DNA from: Pseudomonadota bacterium
GTDB taxonomy: Bacteria > Bdellovibrionota_B > Oligoflexia > Oligoflexales > CAIYRB01
Length of the DNA: 64,000 nt
NCBI GenBank assembly: GCA_031416315.1
Contig: JANOTL010000146.1
Location: forward strand, 1 to 64,000
Reading direction: 5' to 3'
Positions 19,674 through 28,787 of this stretch are shown here, one piece after another (positions within the stretch are counted from its first letter, which is position 1; each line of letters starts with the position of its first letter). The position numbers and the translations under genes are program-made. The notes under the pieces were generated by a model. That model saw only the letters and a list, made by a program, of their open reading frames with translations. It was not told the DNA's origin and searched no databases.

Positions 19674-21654
19674 TCTCCTTGGCGCTGCTCACGGAGAATT
19701 CAGAATCCTCGACCGCTGCTTTAAATGCGGCGATCAAGGAGCGCGTCCACAGCTTCTCGACTTTGGCTCGCTGCGCCTCCGCCCCAGGCGCCTTCCGCGT
19801 GACCTTCGCGCGCGCCATCTCGAAGAAGCGCTTGGCGTAGAACTCCGCGGCAAGGCTGCTCTCAACGACGTGGATCAGGACGACGGGCCGCAGGACCTCC
19901 GGCACCGGCGCCGCCAAGGACAACCGCTCCAGCCGCTCTTTCAAACCCGTCATCACGTACGCATGCTCGGGCAGGGCGTGCGACGAAGTCTCGGCCAGCT
20001 TTGGCGCGATGACGCTCGGAATCAACTTGTACATGTGCGCGAGGCTTTCGAGCATCGTCCGGAACCCCGCCTCGATAAAGGGATTCACGTGCTTCAGCCG
20101 CAGGATCTGATCGAAGCGCGTCCAGTCGGTGTTGACCGCCTCGAGCGCCTGCGCCATCACCGCCCCGTGCCGCGTCACGCCGTGGAGGGTCTCCGGCAGC
20201 GGAAACTCGGTGGCGAGCTTCGCGCGCTTGTCCTTGACGTAGGCTTGCAGCTCCTTCTCGATCGGCCCGTACTTGTCGAACGCCTCGAAAGCGAGCTTCG
20301 TCAGCTTCTTGTGCAGCTCGGCGCGCTCGCCTTCGAGGATACGCTTGACCGCGAGCCGCACCTCGCGCTCGCCGAGCTCGCTGCTTTGCAGGCCGAACAC
20401 CTGCCGATCGCGCGCCAACAAGGCTTTCGCGGTCGTCTGCGCCCGTTGCACCAGGACCGGCAGCACGCGCTCGCTCGACTGCAGCCCGGCGGTGGCGGCC
20501 GCCGCGTCGCTCAAGCCGCCGAGAAGTCTGCCGAATTCGCTTTCGACGTGGCGCCAGGTCGCGGCCGCGCCGCGGCTTTCCCAGAGCTTGCGCATGAGCT
20601 CGAGCTCGTCGGCCTTAGTCTCGCGGTAAAGCTCGAGCAGAGCATTCACGACGTGGACCTGAGTCGACGCCAAACCCAGCTGCGTGAGATCGCTCTTCGC
20701 CTTCGCGACGAGCTTCGCCAGCTCGGCTTCCGAAAGCGGCTCGTAGGCCTCGACGTTCAAGATCACGGTCGACTTGTCCGCAAGACCGGCGCGCTGCACG
20801 TGCCCGAGCAGATCGCGATCCGCGAGGCGCAGACCCAGGCGAGAGTTCACCACGTAGAAGATCTGGTCGGCGCGATGGAGCGCGGCGTCGACGGCGGCGA
20901 AATCGAGCGGATTCAGCGAGTCGCTCCCCTGGCAGTCGACGAGCGCGACCCCCTCCGGAAGGCGCGGCGTGAACGGCAGCTCGACCAGAATCTCGTGGAT
21001 CAGCACCGCATACTCGGGCGAAGCCGCCCAACGCAGGTAGTTGCTGAAGCCGGCGCCGCTGAAATCGAGAAAATGCTGCGTGCGGACCTGCTCGACCGTC
21101 TGCGGGTCGAAGTCGCGGTGGATCGCGTCGAGGCACGTCAGGGTGTGCCGCACGCGCGCATAAGCCAGAGCCAGAAAGCTCGAAGCCTCGTCTCTGCCCT
21201 TGATCGCATCGAGCCGACCGTCCTCCGCCGCAGATTTCTCGAAGCCTGCGAACAACTCGCGCAGCTTCGGCACGGCGACGCGGTCGAACGGATTCTCGGG
21301 GATGACGACCTCGCAGCCGAGCATGCGAAAGTCGAAGGCCAGCATCGCCGTCAGCTGCGCCGGCGACTTGAAGCTGATCCGCGCCGCGCGGGTCGTCGCA
21401 TGCTGGACGCGGAAGATGTTGAACGTTTTCACGCCCGAGCCGCGGGGCAAGACGTCCGCAGCCGCAAGCGCCGACAGGAAAGTCGACTTGCCCGACTTGA
21501 TCGTGCCGAGCACGTAGGTCGAGCGCTTGCCGCCGCTGGAGAGCAGCTGGCCGCCGAGCTGACGGAAATCCGGGAACGAGCCGCGGATGCTCGGGACTTC
21601 CGTCTCGAGGCGGAGCGTGAGGTCGGCTAGATCGTCGAGAGAGCGCGCTTGCAT
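19495..21654 (-). CDS. Bacterial dynamin-like GTPase
   Basis: G1 GTIKSGKST, LPRGSGVKT (G2) and LVDCQG (G3); long helical C-terminus. Confidence 0.75.
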   Translation of the reverse strand: MQARSLDDLADLTLRLETEVPSIRGSFPDFRQLGGQLLSSGGKRSTYVLGTIKSGKSTFLSALAAADVLPRGSGVKTFNIFRVQHATTRAARISFKSPAQLTAMLAFDFRMLGCEVVIPENPFDRVAVPKLRELFAGFEKSAAEDGRLDAIKGRDEASSFLALAYARVRHTLTCLDAIHRDFDPQTVEQVRTQHFLDFSGAGFSNYLRWAASPEYAVLIHEILVELPFTPRLPEGVALVDCQGSDSLNPLDFAAVDAALHRADQIFYVVNSRLGLRLADRDLLGHVQRAGLADKSTVILNVEAYEPLSEAELAKLVAKAKSDLTQLGLASTQVHVVNALLELYRETKADELELMRKLWESRGAAATWRHVESEFGRLLGGLSDAAAATAGLQSSERVLPVLVQRAQTTAKALLARDRQVFGLQSSELGEREVRLAVKRILEGERAELHKKLTKLAFEAFDKYGPIEKELQAYVKDKRAKLATEFPLPETLHGVTRHGAVMAQALEAVNTDWTRFDQILRLKHVNPFIEAGFRTMLESLAHMYKLIPSVIAPKLAETSSHALPEHAYVMTGLKERLERLSLAAPVPEVLRPVVLIHVVESSLAAEFYAKRFFEMARAKVTRKAPGAEAQRAKVEKLWTRSLIAAFKAAVEDSEFSVSSAKENFRFQFFGKIAEALFQRFEEVVTESTALYFDEMKRLADASKLLLSAPERQSVEAYLKAL

Positions 21655-21737
21655 GCAGGTGCCACCGAGCTGTGATCACCTAAGTTATCGCATAAGGTCG
21701 CGCGTCGCGCGCCGGGCAAAACTTTCCTAGACGGCTC

Positions 21738-22916
21738 TCATTCGCAGGCTTTGAACGAGCGCTTCAGATCTTGCGGCAAGGCAGAAACGAGCGCGTCGGC
21801 TGTGAACGGGAAGCCGAAGCCGCGGCCCGGCACGACGGAGTCCTTGTGCGACGCTTGCCAACGCTGGCGCACGTCTTCCCACTGCTTCGCCGGATACTGA
21901 CCTGCGTCTAGGTAGGGAGGGCACGGCTGGGCGCCGAAGCCGCCGAACCTGCCGCCGACCGCGGCCGCTGGGCCGTTCGGTGAAGCATCGTACATCAGGA
22001 GAAGGTTCATCGCCGGGTCGTTGAAGAGCGCTTGCAAAGGCGCCCAGTCCGGACTGCAATTCCGCGCCGACGGCGGCACGCCGCCCCCGCCGAAGGGGTC
22101 GAAGGGACTGCCCCCAGGGAAGCCGCCGGTCATCTCGCCGCCGCCACCTTCGCCGTCGTGGCCGAAGTTGTCGGTGATCAGAATAGTGATGGGAACGAGG
22201 TCGTGATCCGGCGACGACGCGCCCGAGATTTTCAGCTGCTCGAGGCCCGTACGTAGCGCCAGCATCCCGCCTTCCGTGCCGTCACCGCCGCCCAGCGCCT
22301 GCAGCCCGCCGACCTGGGACGCGAGGCTCGCGGGCGCGCCGAGCGGGATCAAGCCCTGCTCCGCCGCGACGTCCTTGAAGGCGATCCCGCCGACCGAGAC
22401 GCTCGCGACTTTCACGTCCTTGGTGCCGAAGTCGATCGACGCAACCTGCGTCGCGAATTGCGCGACGTTGGCTTTGACGAGCTCGATCGAAGGCGCCATC
22501 GAGCCGGTGATGTCCATGATGAACATGATCTTGACGTCGACGGGGCGGCGCAGGCAGCGCACCGTCTTGCCGTCTTCGTTGATGACGACGTCGTTGGCGG
22601 CGTCGACGTCGACGCTGCCGTCGTTCTTGTCGTCGCCCGATCCACTTTTGCCCCCGGACTTGCCGCCGGGGCCGCCGGTCGTCCCGTCCTTGCCCTTCTT
22701 GCCGTCCTTGCCCTTCGACTTGTCGTCTTTGCCGTTCTTGTCGCCGCCGCCGGCGGTGGTTTTGTCGCCGTCCTTGCCCGTATCCCCGTCTTTCGCGCTC
22801 TTTTTGGCGGCGCTCGTGGCCGCGGCCCCGCCGCCGCCTGCGAATTCGGAGCCCGAGCAGCCGGCGCCGAGGCCGAGCACGGTGAGCAAAAGCGGCGCGA
22901 TCAAGGGATTTTGCAT
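21738..22916 (-). CDS. VWA-domain lipoprotein
   Basis: AGGAG RBS; GAGC lipobox; K/D/G-rich tether; MIDAS-like DITGSM…GGGDGTE…ITD. Confidence 0.85.
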   Translation of the reverse strand: MQNPLIAPLLLTVLGLGAGCSGSEFAGGGGAAATSAAKKSAKDGDTGKDGDKTTAGGGDKNGKDDKSKGKDGKKGKDGTTGGPGGKSGGKSGSGDDKNDGSVDVDAANDVVINEDGKTVRCLRRPVDVKIMFIMDITGSMAPSIELVKANVAQFATQVASIDFGTKDVKVASVSVGGIAFKDVAAEQGLIPLGAPASLASQVGGLQALGGGDGTEGGMLALRTGLEQLKISGASSPDHDLVPITILITDNFGHDGEGGGGEMTGGFPGGSPFDPFGGGGVPPSARNCSPDWAPLQALFNDPAMNLLLMYDASPNGPAAAVGGRFGGFGAQPCPPYLDAGQYPAKQWEDVRQRWQASHKDSVVPGRGFGFPFTADALVSALPQDLKRSFKACE

Positions 22917-23004
22917 GGATGGTCTCCTGTCTCCCTCATCGGCATGGCGCGTGGCAAAGCTTACCCGTATAGTGCGAGGGTCTTAAAATCGAAGGATTTC
23001 GCTC

Positions 23005-23850
23005 ATGTCCGACAGCACCGTTTCGCCCTTTAGGAAAGACCTCCTGAAAAGTCGCGTCGCATTGGTCACCGGCGGAGGCACCGGCATCTGCAACGGCATC
23101 GCCCACGCCTTCGGTCGCCACGGCGCCAGGCTCGCGCTGATGGGCCGCCGTCCCGAAGTTCTCGACGCCGCCGTCGCGGCTCTGGCGAAAGAGGGGATCG
23201 AAGCCCTCGCGGTGCAAGGCGACGTCCGCGACGGCGCCGCATGCGAGCGAGCGGTCGAGACCGTGCAGAGCCGCTTCGGCAAGCTCGACGTCCTGGTCAA
23301 CGGCGCTGCGGGCAACTTCCTCTGCCCGTCCGATAAGCTCTCGTCGAACGGCTTCAAAACCGTGATCGACATCGACCTGCTCGGCTCGTTCAACATGGCT
23401 CGCGCTGCCTACGAGGCGCTGAAGAGCGCCGGATCCAGCGTCATTCTCAACATTTCGGCGACCTTGCACTATCAGGGCACGCTCATGCAGGCGCACGTGA
23501 TGGCAGCGAAAGCCGGCATCGACGCCCTCGGCCGCAATCTAGCCTGCGAGTGGGGGCCGCAAGGTGTCCGCGTCGTCGGCATTGCACCTGGCGCCATCGG
23601 CGACACCGAGGGCATGCGCCGCCTGGCGCCGATGGGCGCGGACAAACGCGTCGCCGAGGAGACGCCGCTGAAGCGTTTGGGCAAGATCGAGGACATCACC
23701 AACGCCGCAGTCTTCCTCGTCTCGGACGCCGGTTCCTTCATCACGGGCGAGACACTCGTCGTGGACGGCGGACAGTGGCTGGCAAAGCCGCCGTTCGTCA
23801 CCCGCGAGATGTGGGAGAAACTTGCAGCACAGCAAACCAAAGGAAGCTGA
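23005..23850 (+). CDS. SDR oxidoreductase, 2,4-dienoyl-CoA reductase-like
   Basis: TGGGTGI, NGAAGNF, LSSNGFKTVIDID, AAKAGID and TGETLVVDGG. Confidence 0.9.
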   Translation: MSDSTVSPFRKDLLKSRVALVTGGGTGICNGIAHAFGRHGARLALMGRRPEVLDAAVAALAKEGIEALAVQGDVRDGAACERAVETVQSRFGKLDVLVNGAAGNFLCPSDKLSSNGFKTVIDIDLLGSFNMARAAYEALKSAGSSVILNISATLHYQGTLMQAHVMAAKAGIDALGRNLACEWGPQGVRVVGIAPGAIGDTEGMRRLAPMGADKRVAEETPLKRLGKIEDITNAAVFLVSDAGSFITGETLVVDGGQWLAKPPFVTREMWEKLAAQQTKGS

Positions 23851-23860
23851 GTCCGGGTCG

Positions 23861-24859
23861 ATGTCCGCCACGACCGCGATGCAGCTCAACAACCACTGGA
23901 CGCGGCTCATGCGGCGTCTACGCTGGGTGTCGCATCCGATCACGATCTTCGTGGGCCTCCAGATCGTTTGGCTGGCGATCACGATCATCTGGGTCATCTG
24001 GTTCGTCGGGGCCGAGGCCGAGATCTCGAAGCTCGCCGCCCGTTTTGGCGGACAGTACTTCGACAGCACCGCCAGCATCGCCATCCTGATCACGGGATGC
24101 ATCCTGCTCGGCGTCCTGCTTTTCGGGACGATCACGCTCTTCGTCTTCGGGCAGAAGCAGTCGGCCGCGGCCCGTCAGCAGCGCAACTTCGTTTCCTCGG
24201 TGACCCACGAGCTGAAGTCCCCGCTCGCGAGCCTGCAGCTCGGCTTCGAGACCCTCGGCGCCCGCAAGCTCCCGGAAGAGACGCACGCCCGCGTCATGTC
24301 GATGATCGGCACCGATATCGACCGCCTGCGGCGTTTGGTCGATCAGATCCTCGTCGCCGGCCGCATCGACCGCGGGCTCTTGACCTTCGAAGAGGAGACG
24401 CCTCAAGACATCGACATTCACGAGCTCCTCGACAAGATCATCGAAAAGCTCTCGTACGTCGATCATGCCGTCAATGATCGGGTCGTGGTCCAAGCCCCAA
24501 AGGGCTTTCGGATCCGAGGCTCGCGCTCGGTCCTGATCCTGGTCTTGAACAACTTGATCGAGAACGCGCTGAAGTACTCGCCCAAGGGCGAGCAGATCAC
24601 CGTCGCCGTGGCCGTCGAGGAGCGCGAAACGGTCATCAAGGTCGAAGACCGCGGCATGGGCCTCGACAAGGCGGACATGCGCCGCATCTTCCGCATGTTT
24701 CATCGCAGCGAGTCCGCGATCAAAAAGGCGATCCCGGGCACCGGGCTCGGCCTCTACATCGTCCGCTCCGCCGTCACCATGCTCGGCGGCCGCGTCTGGG
24801 TCGAAAGCCCCGGCCGCGGATCCGGCTCGACCTTCTTCGTCGCGTTCCCGAAAGGCTGA
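23861..24859 (+). CDS. Sensor histidine kinase (2 TM segments, HisKA, HATPase)
   Basis: THELKSPL, NLIENALKYS, EDRGMG and GTGLGL. Confidence 0.93.
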   Translation: MSATTAMQLNNHWTRLMRRLRWVSHPITIFVGLQIVWLAITIIWVIWFVGAEAEISKLAARFGGQYFDSTASIAILITGCILLGVLLFGTITLFVFGQKQSAAARQQRNFVSSVTHELKSPLASLQLGFETLGARKLPEETHARVMSMIGTDIDRLRRLVDQILVAGRIDRGLLTFEEETPQDIDIHELLDKIIEKLSYVDHAVNDRVVVQAPKGFRIRGSRSVLILVLNNLIENALKYSPKGEQITVAVAVEERETVIKVEDRGMGLDKADMRRIFRMFHRSESAIKKAIPGTGLGLYIVRSAVTMLGGRVWVESPGRGSGSTFFVAFPKG

Positions 24860-24867
24860 ATCTCGCC

Positions 24868-25590
24868 ATGCCGGACCCGAAAAAACGCATCCTTCTCGTC
24901 GAAGACGAGCCCAACCTAGCCTTCAACCTGCAATTCAACTTGCAGGCCGAGGGTTATGACGTGGTCCCGGCGGTCGACGGACTGATCGCGACGAAAAAAT
25001 TCGACGGCGACGGTCCGTTCGACCTCGTCATCCTCGACGTCATGCTGCCGGAGATGAACGGCTTCGAGGTCGCGGGCCACATTCGCGGCCGCGACGATCA
25101 AACGCAGATCCTCATGCTCACGGCGCTCGGCAAGGAAGAGGACCGCCTTCGCGGCTTCGAGGCCGGCGTCGACGACTACATCACCAAGCCCTTCCACCTG
25201 AAGGAGTTCCTCCTCCGAGTGAAGCGGATGATGCGGCGCTCGGGCTACTTTCAGCCGGCCGAGGGCTCGTCCGCAACCGTCGCGACGACCCTCGTCCGCT
25301 GCGGCCCGTTCGAGCTCGACGTCGATCTTCTGACCTTGAAGTCGCCGCACGGCAGCGCCACGCTCACGGCGCTCGAGGCGGACATTCTCAAGGAATTCAT
25401 GAACAACCCGAATAGAGTCCTGTCGCGTCAGCACCTTCTCGACACCGTCTGGGGGATGAAGGGCGACATCGAGACGCGGACCGTAGACAACTTCATCGTG
25501 CGCCTGCGACGCTATCTGGAGCCTGATCCGACGACGCCTCGCTACCTCGTCTCCGTCCGCGGGCGGGGATACCGCCTTCTGGACTCCTGA
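24868..25590 (+). CDS. OmpR-family response regulator
   Basis: LVEDE, ILDVMLP, DDYITKPF and winged helix TVDNFIVRLR…SVRGRGY. Confidence 0.95.
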   Translation: MPDPKKRILLVEDEPNLAFNLQFNLQAEGYDVVPAVDGLIATKKFDGDGPFDLVILDVMLPEMNGFEVAGHIRGRDDQTQILMLTALGKEEDRLRGFEAGVDDYITKPFHLKEFLLRVKRMMRRSGYFQPAEGSSATVATTLVRCGPFELDVDLLTLKSPHGSATLTALEADILKEFMNNPNRVLSRQHLLDTVWGMKGDIETRTVDNFIVRLRRYLEPDPTTPRYLVSVRGRGYRLLDS

Positions 25591-26510
25591 TGTTCCTCGA
25601 CTTCGAAAAATGGCACGGCTGCCGCAACGACTTCATCGTCACCTGGATCGGGGACGAAGGCGGGGAGCTCGTCGAAAGCTCGTTGCGGCGCCAAGCCGTC
25701 GCGCTCTGCGACCGCCGCGCCGGCATCGGGGCTGACGGGATCCTGATCCTCCGCGGCAAGACGCGCGACGGGCTCACGCCCGACCGCCTAGCCATCGTCA
25801 ACAGCGACGGCTCGCTCGCCGCAAACTGTGGCAACGGCCTGCGGGTCGCTGCGCTCTCCATCCTGAAACGCCACCGCGAGAAGGGCGATCCGAAGGAGCT
25901 GCCCGAAGCCGTGTCCCTGACCGTCACGACGGACCCGGCGGGCGGCGAAAAGGTCTGCCGGTTCCTGCGGCCTTCGGGGCCGTGGCCCTTGGTGGCGGTG
26001 GAGATGGGAGTTGCCCATACCGACGCGGTACCTTGGAAAGCCGAAGTCCTTGCACGCTTCAAGGCGCTTGGAGTTTCCGCGGAAGACGTCGGTGTCTGCG
26101 ATATCGGCAATCCCCATCTCGTCGTCCAGACGGAGTTGGCATCGCGCGAGCTCGTGCTGAAGGTGGGGCCCGCGCTTCAGCAAGGCAACGGTCTCAACGT
26201 CCACCTCGTCCGCTCCGTCCCTCTCACGGACAAAGACCAGCAGCGCGCCGGTCAAGAGCTCGGCGGCCGCCTTGGCAAGCTTTTCCGCGCCTACGTCTGG
26301 GAGCGCGGCGCGGGCGAGACCGAAGCCTGCGGCACCGGCGCCTGCGCGGTTGCCGCGTGCTCTTTGGCGACAGGATTAGGCGAGCGCGAGGCGTGGGTCG
26401 CCGTCGACATGCCGGGCGGCCGCCTTTATGCGAAGCAGGAAGCTCCGACGGAGCCCGTTCTCCTAGCGGGGCCGGGCGTTTTCGTGTATTCGGGCAGGCT
26501 TGGGCTATAA
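25590..26510 (+). CDS. dapF: Diaminopimelate epimerase
   Basis: KWHGCRNDF, GIGADG, NSDGS…CGNG, GNPH and ERGAGETEACGTGA. Confidence 0.9.
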   Translation: MFLDFEKWHGCRNDFIVTWIGDEGGELVESSLRRQAVALCDRRAGIGADGILILRGKTRDGLTPDRLAIVNSDGSLAANCGNGLRVAALSILKRHREKGDPKELPEAVSLTVTTDPAGGEKVCRFLRPSGPWPLVAVEMGVAHTDAVPWKAEVLARFKALGVSAEDVGVCDIGNPHLVVQTELASRELVLKVGPALQQGNGLNVHLVRSVPLTDKDQQRAGQELGGRLGKLFRAYVWERGAGETEACGTGACAVAACSLATGLGEREAWVAVDMPGGRLYAKQEAPTEPVLLAGPGVFVYSGRLGL

Positions 26511-26512
26511 AC

Positions 26513-27238
26513 ATGAATCGCGATGAGCTAATCCAAACCGTAATGCCGCTCCTGCGCGCAGCACGCAGCTACCACCGCCATGAGGTCGTGGGGCTCGAGC
26601 ACGTGCCGAAGGACGGCCGCGCGCTCATCATCGTCAATCACAGCCTTGCCACGTACGATATCGTGCTCCTGATGGTCGCGATCTACGACGACTTGAAGCG
26701 GATGCCGCGGCCGCTGATCGACCGACTCTTCTTCAAAGTTCCTTTTCTCGGCGATTTGGCGACTTTGTTTGGCGCGGTTAAGGGTTCGCAGGGCGGCGCC
26801 GAGTCGCTTCTCGACGAAGACGAGATCGTCACGGTCGCTCCGGGCGGCATGCGCGAGGCGCTTCGCCCCTCAACGCAGCGTTATCAGATCCGCTGGGAGC
26901 GCCGCATGGGCTTCGTAAAGCTCGCGATGCGCAAGAAGTCGCCGATCCTCCTCGCTGCGTGTCCGAAGGCTGACGACCTCTACGAGATCTATCCGAGCCA
27001 CATGACGAAATGGATCTACCAAAAGTTTCGGGTTCCGATCTTTTTCGCGCGCGGCATCGGCCCAACGCCGATTCCCCGTCCGGTCAAGCTCGTCCACTAT
27101 CTGAGCGAGCCCATGGTGCCGCCGGAGTGGATCGAAGACGACGACGACGGCAACGATCAGCGCGCCAAGACCTTCCACAAGAAGCTGATCAAGAGGATGC
27201 ACGCCCTCATCGCGGACGCGATCCAGCACCGCGATTGA
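26513..27238 (+). CDS. Lysophospholipid/glycerol acyltransferase (PlsC superfamily)
   Basis: NHS…D motif, PGGMREA and R.GFVKLA. Confidence 0.85.
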   Translation: MNRDELIQTVMPLLRAARSYHRHEVVGLEHVPKDGRALIIVNHSLATYDIVLLMVAIYDDLKRMPRPLIDRLFFKVPFLGDLATLFGAVKGSQGGAESLLDEDEIVTVAPGGMREALRPSTQRYQIRWERRMGFVKLAMRKKSPILLAACPKADDLYEIYPSHMTKWIYQKFRVPIFFARGIGPTPIPRPVKLVHYLSEPMVPPEWIEDDDDGNDQRAKTFHKKLIKRMHALIADAIQHRD

Positions 27239-27252
27239 AACGGGTCGCGACC
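27202..27252 (+). repeat. Direct repeat B, copy 1 (acyltransferase 3' end)
   Basis: 51 bp; 3 mismatches to 31814-31864. Confidence 0.92.
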
Positions 27253-27351
27253 CGACTCGCAATCCGTGTACGTAACCAGCCGATTCCTTTATATAAAAGC
27301 AAACATTCTCAGGGGGCCAACTAGGTTGACCGAAAAGACCGTGCACTTAGT

Positions 27352-28629
27352 ATGGCGGTTCAACCAATGCGCATCGCAGCCATCATAGCCTTAATGCCCG
27401 TGCTGGCTTGCTCCAATGGAGACGTCCTGTCGGACGGTCACAGTGGCAAAGACAGCGGCTCAAAAGAGGCCGGTCTCGGGCAGTCAGGGTCGAAGGAAGG
27501 CTCAGCGAGCGATTTTGAGTTCTCCACCTCGATTCCGCCGACCAATGTCACCAGCATCAATTTGACGTTCAGCTGTAGCTGGGACCGAATCGCTGCGACG
27601 GATATCGACTCACTTCAGGTTATCTGCACGGCGGGGGGACTTGCCGCCGCGGACACGAAATATGATTGGGTCGTTCCCGGGGCCAAGATTCTGCCGGGCG
27701 ACGCGCCGGAGAAGATCCGGATTGAGACGACACGCGCGCTGCTCCCGCTCGCGAACGTCACCGTGACCGCGTCATCGGAAAGCCGCGGCGAGGCGCCATC
27801 GTCGTACTCGGGTAGTTTGGCAAAGCATCTCCCGGGATTCGCCGGCAGCAGTGGTCTCGCCGCTTGCTTCATCGACGGCCAAAAGCCGGTTCAGGATTGC
27901 CTGAATGCCGCTGGTCTCTACGTGCAAGCTGACAGCTCGATCACGACGGAGCCCGTAGGCGGCGGCTGCAAGCTCACGGCGGAGCCAGCCCTGATCCGTA
28001 AATCGCGTGCCGACGTCGTGACGCTTTCGCTCTCGGCGACCGATGGCGCGAGCGTCGACGACTATCTCTTTGTCGAAAGCGATTTCTCAAACGGCAACGT
28101 CGTCTCACGCCAGGCCACCTCGGTGCAGTTTCAGCCGCTCACGGCCGACGTGATGCTCGAAGACCGGCTGCGTTTCGCCGCGGTCGCCGCCAACGGTAAG
28201 GTCTGTTTCGCGGAAGTGCGCGTCACGTTCGTCGAGGTCGCGGTGGCGGCGCATAGCGAGATTTCGGCCGCGACTTCCGCGGCCGAGCCCGGCCGCTCGC
28301 GGACGACGTTCCAAGTTTCTTTCCTTAGCCCGGACGAGGTCGTTACCGACGCCGCGCTCCTTGCTTTCTCGAAGGACTTTTCGGAGCCGCGCTTTGCCTA
28401 CGCCGCGCCGGTCTGCGTGGGCCGTATCTGCTCGCAAGTCGTAAGCCTCGATTACGCGCGCAAGTTCGTCGCCACGACGACGCGCTACACCGGGCAAATC
28501 GTCGAGTTGCGGGTCAACGCGACGACGACCGCCCCTTTCGCGGTCCGATTCGACCGCGCGTTCAACGTGGTCGTCGGCGGCGAGAAAGTGCCCGCACGGA
28601 CGATCGACGGCTCAGCCGAGTCCTTGTAA
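27352..28629 (+). CDS. Hypothetical lipoprotein
   Basis: VLAC lipobox; S/G/K tether; beta-rich body. Confidence 0.7.
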   Translation: MAVQPMRIAAIIALMPVLACSNGDVLSDGHSGKDSGSKEAGLGQSGSKEGSASDFEFSTSIPPTNVTSINLTFSCSWDRIAATDIDSLQVICTAGGLAAADTKYDWVVPGAKILPGDAPEKIRIETTRALLPLANVTVTASSESRGEAPSSYSGSLAKHLPGFAGSSGLAACFIDGQKPVQDCLNAAGLYVQADSSITTEPVGGGCKLTAEPALIRKSRADVVTLSLSATDGASVDDYLFVESDFSNGNVVSRQATSVQFQPLTADVMLEDRLRFAAVAANGKVCFAEVRVTFVEVAVAAHSEISAATSAAEPGRSRTTFQVSFLSPDEVVTDAALLAFSKDFSEPRFAYAAPVCVGRICSQVVSLDYARKFVATTTRYTGQIVELRVNATTTAPFAVRFDRAFNVVVGGEKVPARTIDGSAESL

Positions 28630-28787
28630 TTGCTTTCGGGCGCCGTTCCGGCCTTCGCCACGGCACGAAAACCCTAAATGTTCTAGTGGTTTGGAACAAT
28701 CGGCAAGAAAGCGACCGTCCCACCGACAAAAGTAGTGAGCTGCTGCAGCCGAAACGGACCTTGGCTCAAATATGCACGGAGACCTAG

